Shown one piece after another: positions 62,962-64,000 of a stretch of 64,000 nucleotides of DNA. Each line of letters opens with the position of its first letter. The first letter of the stretch is position 1. The notes beneath the pieces were generated by a model, which saw nothing but the letters and a program-made list of their open reading frames with translations, did no database searches and was not told the DNA's origin. A program made the position numbers and the translations under genes. This stretch comes from an uncultured Actinomycetes bacterium (GTDB taxonomy: Bacteria; Actinomycetota; Thermoleophilia; Solirubrobacterales; Solirubrobacteraceae), in contig CAWGDO010000003.1 in the NCBI GenBank assembly GCA_963821355.1, positions 10,981 through 74,980 on the forward strand, read 5' to 3'.

Positions 62962-63873
62962 GTGGAAGACGTGGCAGCTCACGCCGCCAACACGATCGAG
63001 TCGTCCGGCGCTGCCGCGGCTGCTTTGGAGTCCGTCCTCGCCAGACGCATGGTCTTCGTCACCGGCAAGGGCGGCGTCGGCAAGAGCACCATGGCCGCCG
63101 CGCTGGCGGTGGCCGCGCGTGCGCGGGGACGCCGCGCGATCGTCTTCGAGCCCAGTGGGATCGACCGCGACGCGGCACTGGCTGAGTGGATGACCAGAAA
63201 CATCGGCCGTCGCGGCGCCGCGCTGCTGAAGCACTCGGACGCCTTTCGCTATTTCGTGGCGGCGGCGCCCGGAGCGCGCGAGCTTGTGACGATCGGCAAG
63301 GCGTGGGACCTGACGCGGCCCGGCACCGGGCGGCCCAACGACCGCATTGTCGTGGTCGACGGGCCCGCCACCGGTCACGCGATCGCGCTGCTTCAGGCGC
63401 CGCGTACGTACAGCCAGTTGGACCGCGTCGGGCCGATCGGCCGGCAGGCGGGCCAGATCCGCGACTTCCTCGGCGACCCGTCGCGCAGCGCGGTCGTCCT
63501 GGTCTGCACGCCCGCCGAGATGCCGGTGAGCGAGACGCTGGAGCTCGTCGTCGCCGTCGAGGAGGCGACCGGCCGTCCACCCGACGTCGTCATCGCCAAC
63601 CGGGTGCTCCCCGATCGCTTCGACGAGGACGAAGTCGCGCGGATCGACGACGCGCTGAGCGCCGGCGAGGACCCGTGGGTCCGAGCGGCGGCTCGCCACG
63701 CGCTCACCTCGTGGCGCCGCGCCCGCGAGCAGGAGACCCAGCTGCGGCGACTGCGCGCGGGCGTGGCCATCCCGATCCTCGAGCTGCCATTCCTCTTCGT
63801 CCCGGCGCTCGGTGAGCGGGAGCTTGGTGTCCTGGCCGCTCACCTGGCGCCGGGCAGCAACGGTCCCCTCTGA
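62962..63873 (+). CDS. ArsA/GET3-like anion-transporting ATPase family protein (ParA/MinD superfamily)
   Basis: Deviant Walker A VTGKGGVGKST, and DGPATGH and ..CTPAEMPVSE.. ArsA-family motifs. Confidence 0.7.
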   Translation: MEDVAAHAANTIESSGAAAAALESVLARRMVFVTGKGGVGKSTMAAALAVAARARGRRAIVFEPSGIDRDAALAEWMTRNIGRRGAALLKHSDAFRYFVAAAPGARELVTIGKAWDLTRPGTGRPNDRIVVVDGPATGHAIALLQAPRTYSQLDRVGPIGRQAGQIRDFLGDPSRSAVVLVCTPAEMPVSETLELVVAVEEATGRPPDVVIANRVLPDRFDEDEVARIDDALSAGEDPWVRAAARHALTSWRRAREQETQLRRLRAGVAIPILELPFLFVPALGERELGVLAAHLAPGSNGPL

Positions 63874-63952
63874 TCTCGGCTGTTGTGCGGCACAGGAAGG
63901 GCACGGAAGACGAACCGGTCGTGGTCGCAGCCAGCCTGATGCGGACGGGCGC

Positions 63953-64000
63953 TACTTGACCTCGAAGGGCAGCTTCTGGCCGGCGGCGAAGTGCCCGGCC
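63953..64000 (-). CDS. 3' end of an unidentified gene running off the window (..PGHFAAGQKLPFEVK*)
   Basis: Open frame on the minus strand ending in a TAG at 63953-63955. Too short to classify. Confidence 0.15.

Overview
The window is a very GC-rich stretch (roughly 70% by eye, strong GC3 bias) that reads like chromosome from a high-GC Actinobacteria-like bacterium, and it is gene-dense on both strands. I found no rRNA, tRNA, CRISPR array, transposase or integrase. Most annotatable genes are homologues of the mycobacterial DosR hypoxia/dormancy regulon. These include seven tandem-domain universal stress proteins (USPs) and one USP remnant, a CtpF-like P-type ATPase, a PfkB sugar kinase, an alpha-crystallin Hsp20 and an Acg-type nitroreductase. 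They also include a Tgs-type WS/DGAT, an Rv0571c-like PRTase-hydrolase fusion and Hrp1-like CBS-domain proteins. Interleaved are two energy modules: a complete group-3b-type [NiFe] hydrogenase operon (beta, gamma, delta, alpha subunits plus a maturation protease) and an A/V-type ATPase operon (G/H-like, C, I, K, F, E, A, B, D). Lipid-remodelling genes are frequent: an MMPL transporter, FadD, PlsC, Tgs, a patatin, a PAP2 phosphatase, a GDPD and a UPF0104/LPG-synthase-like membrane protein. Other genes are a Lon-like AAA+ protease translationally coupled to the Acg nitroreductase, an ABC-2 exporter, PitA with a DUF47 protein, GAPDH, a TreT-like GT4, stomatin, OsmC and an ArsA-like ATPase. The most unusual feature is a small protein that consists only of a cyclic-nucleotide-binding domain, embedded by overlapping start/stop codons inside the hydrogenase operon. 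A second is an ACP-like carrier protein coupled to a USP, sitting behind a palindromic operator whose half-site (AGTCCGC) recurs upstream of another USP and resembles the DosR-box half-site. A caveat runs through the whole window. At least twelve single-base +1 frame disruptions interrupt otherwise clearly homologous genes: the CoA-transferase, MMPL, two secreted proteins, atpA twice, atpB twice, the MFS gene and a USP remnant. These are either assembly indel errors or real gene decay. Three loci are decayed independently of frameshifts: an MFS remnant truncated by a pit/DUF47 insertion, an ALDH C-terminal remnant and a GlpA-like remnant. Gene starts in this GC-rich DNA are approximate; many use GTG/TTG, and many neighbours overlap by 4 bp (ATGA/GTGA).
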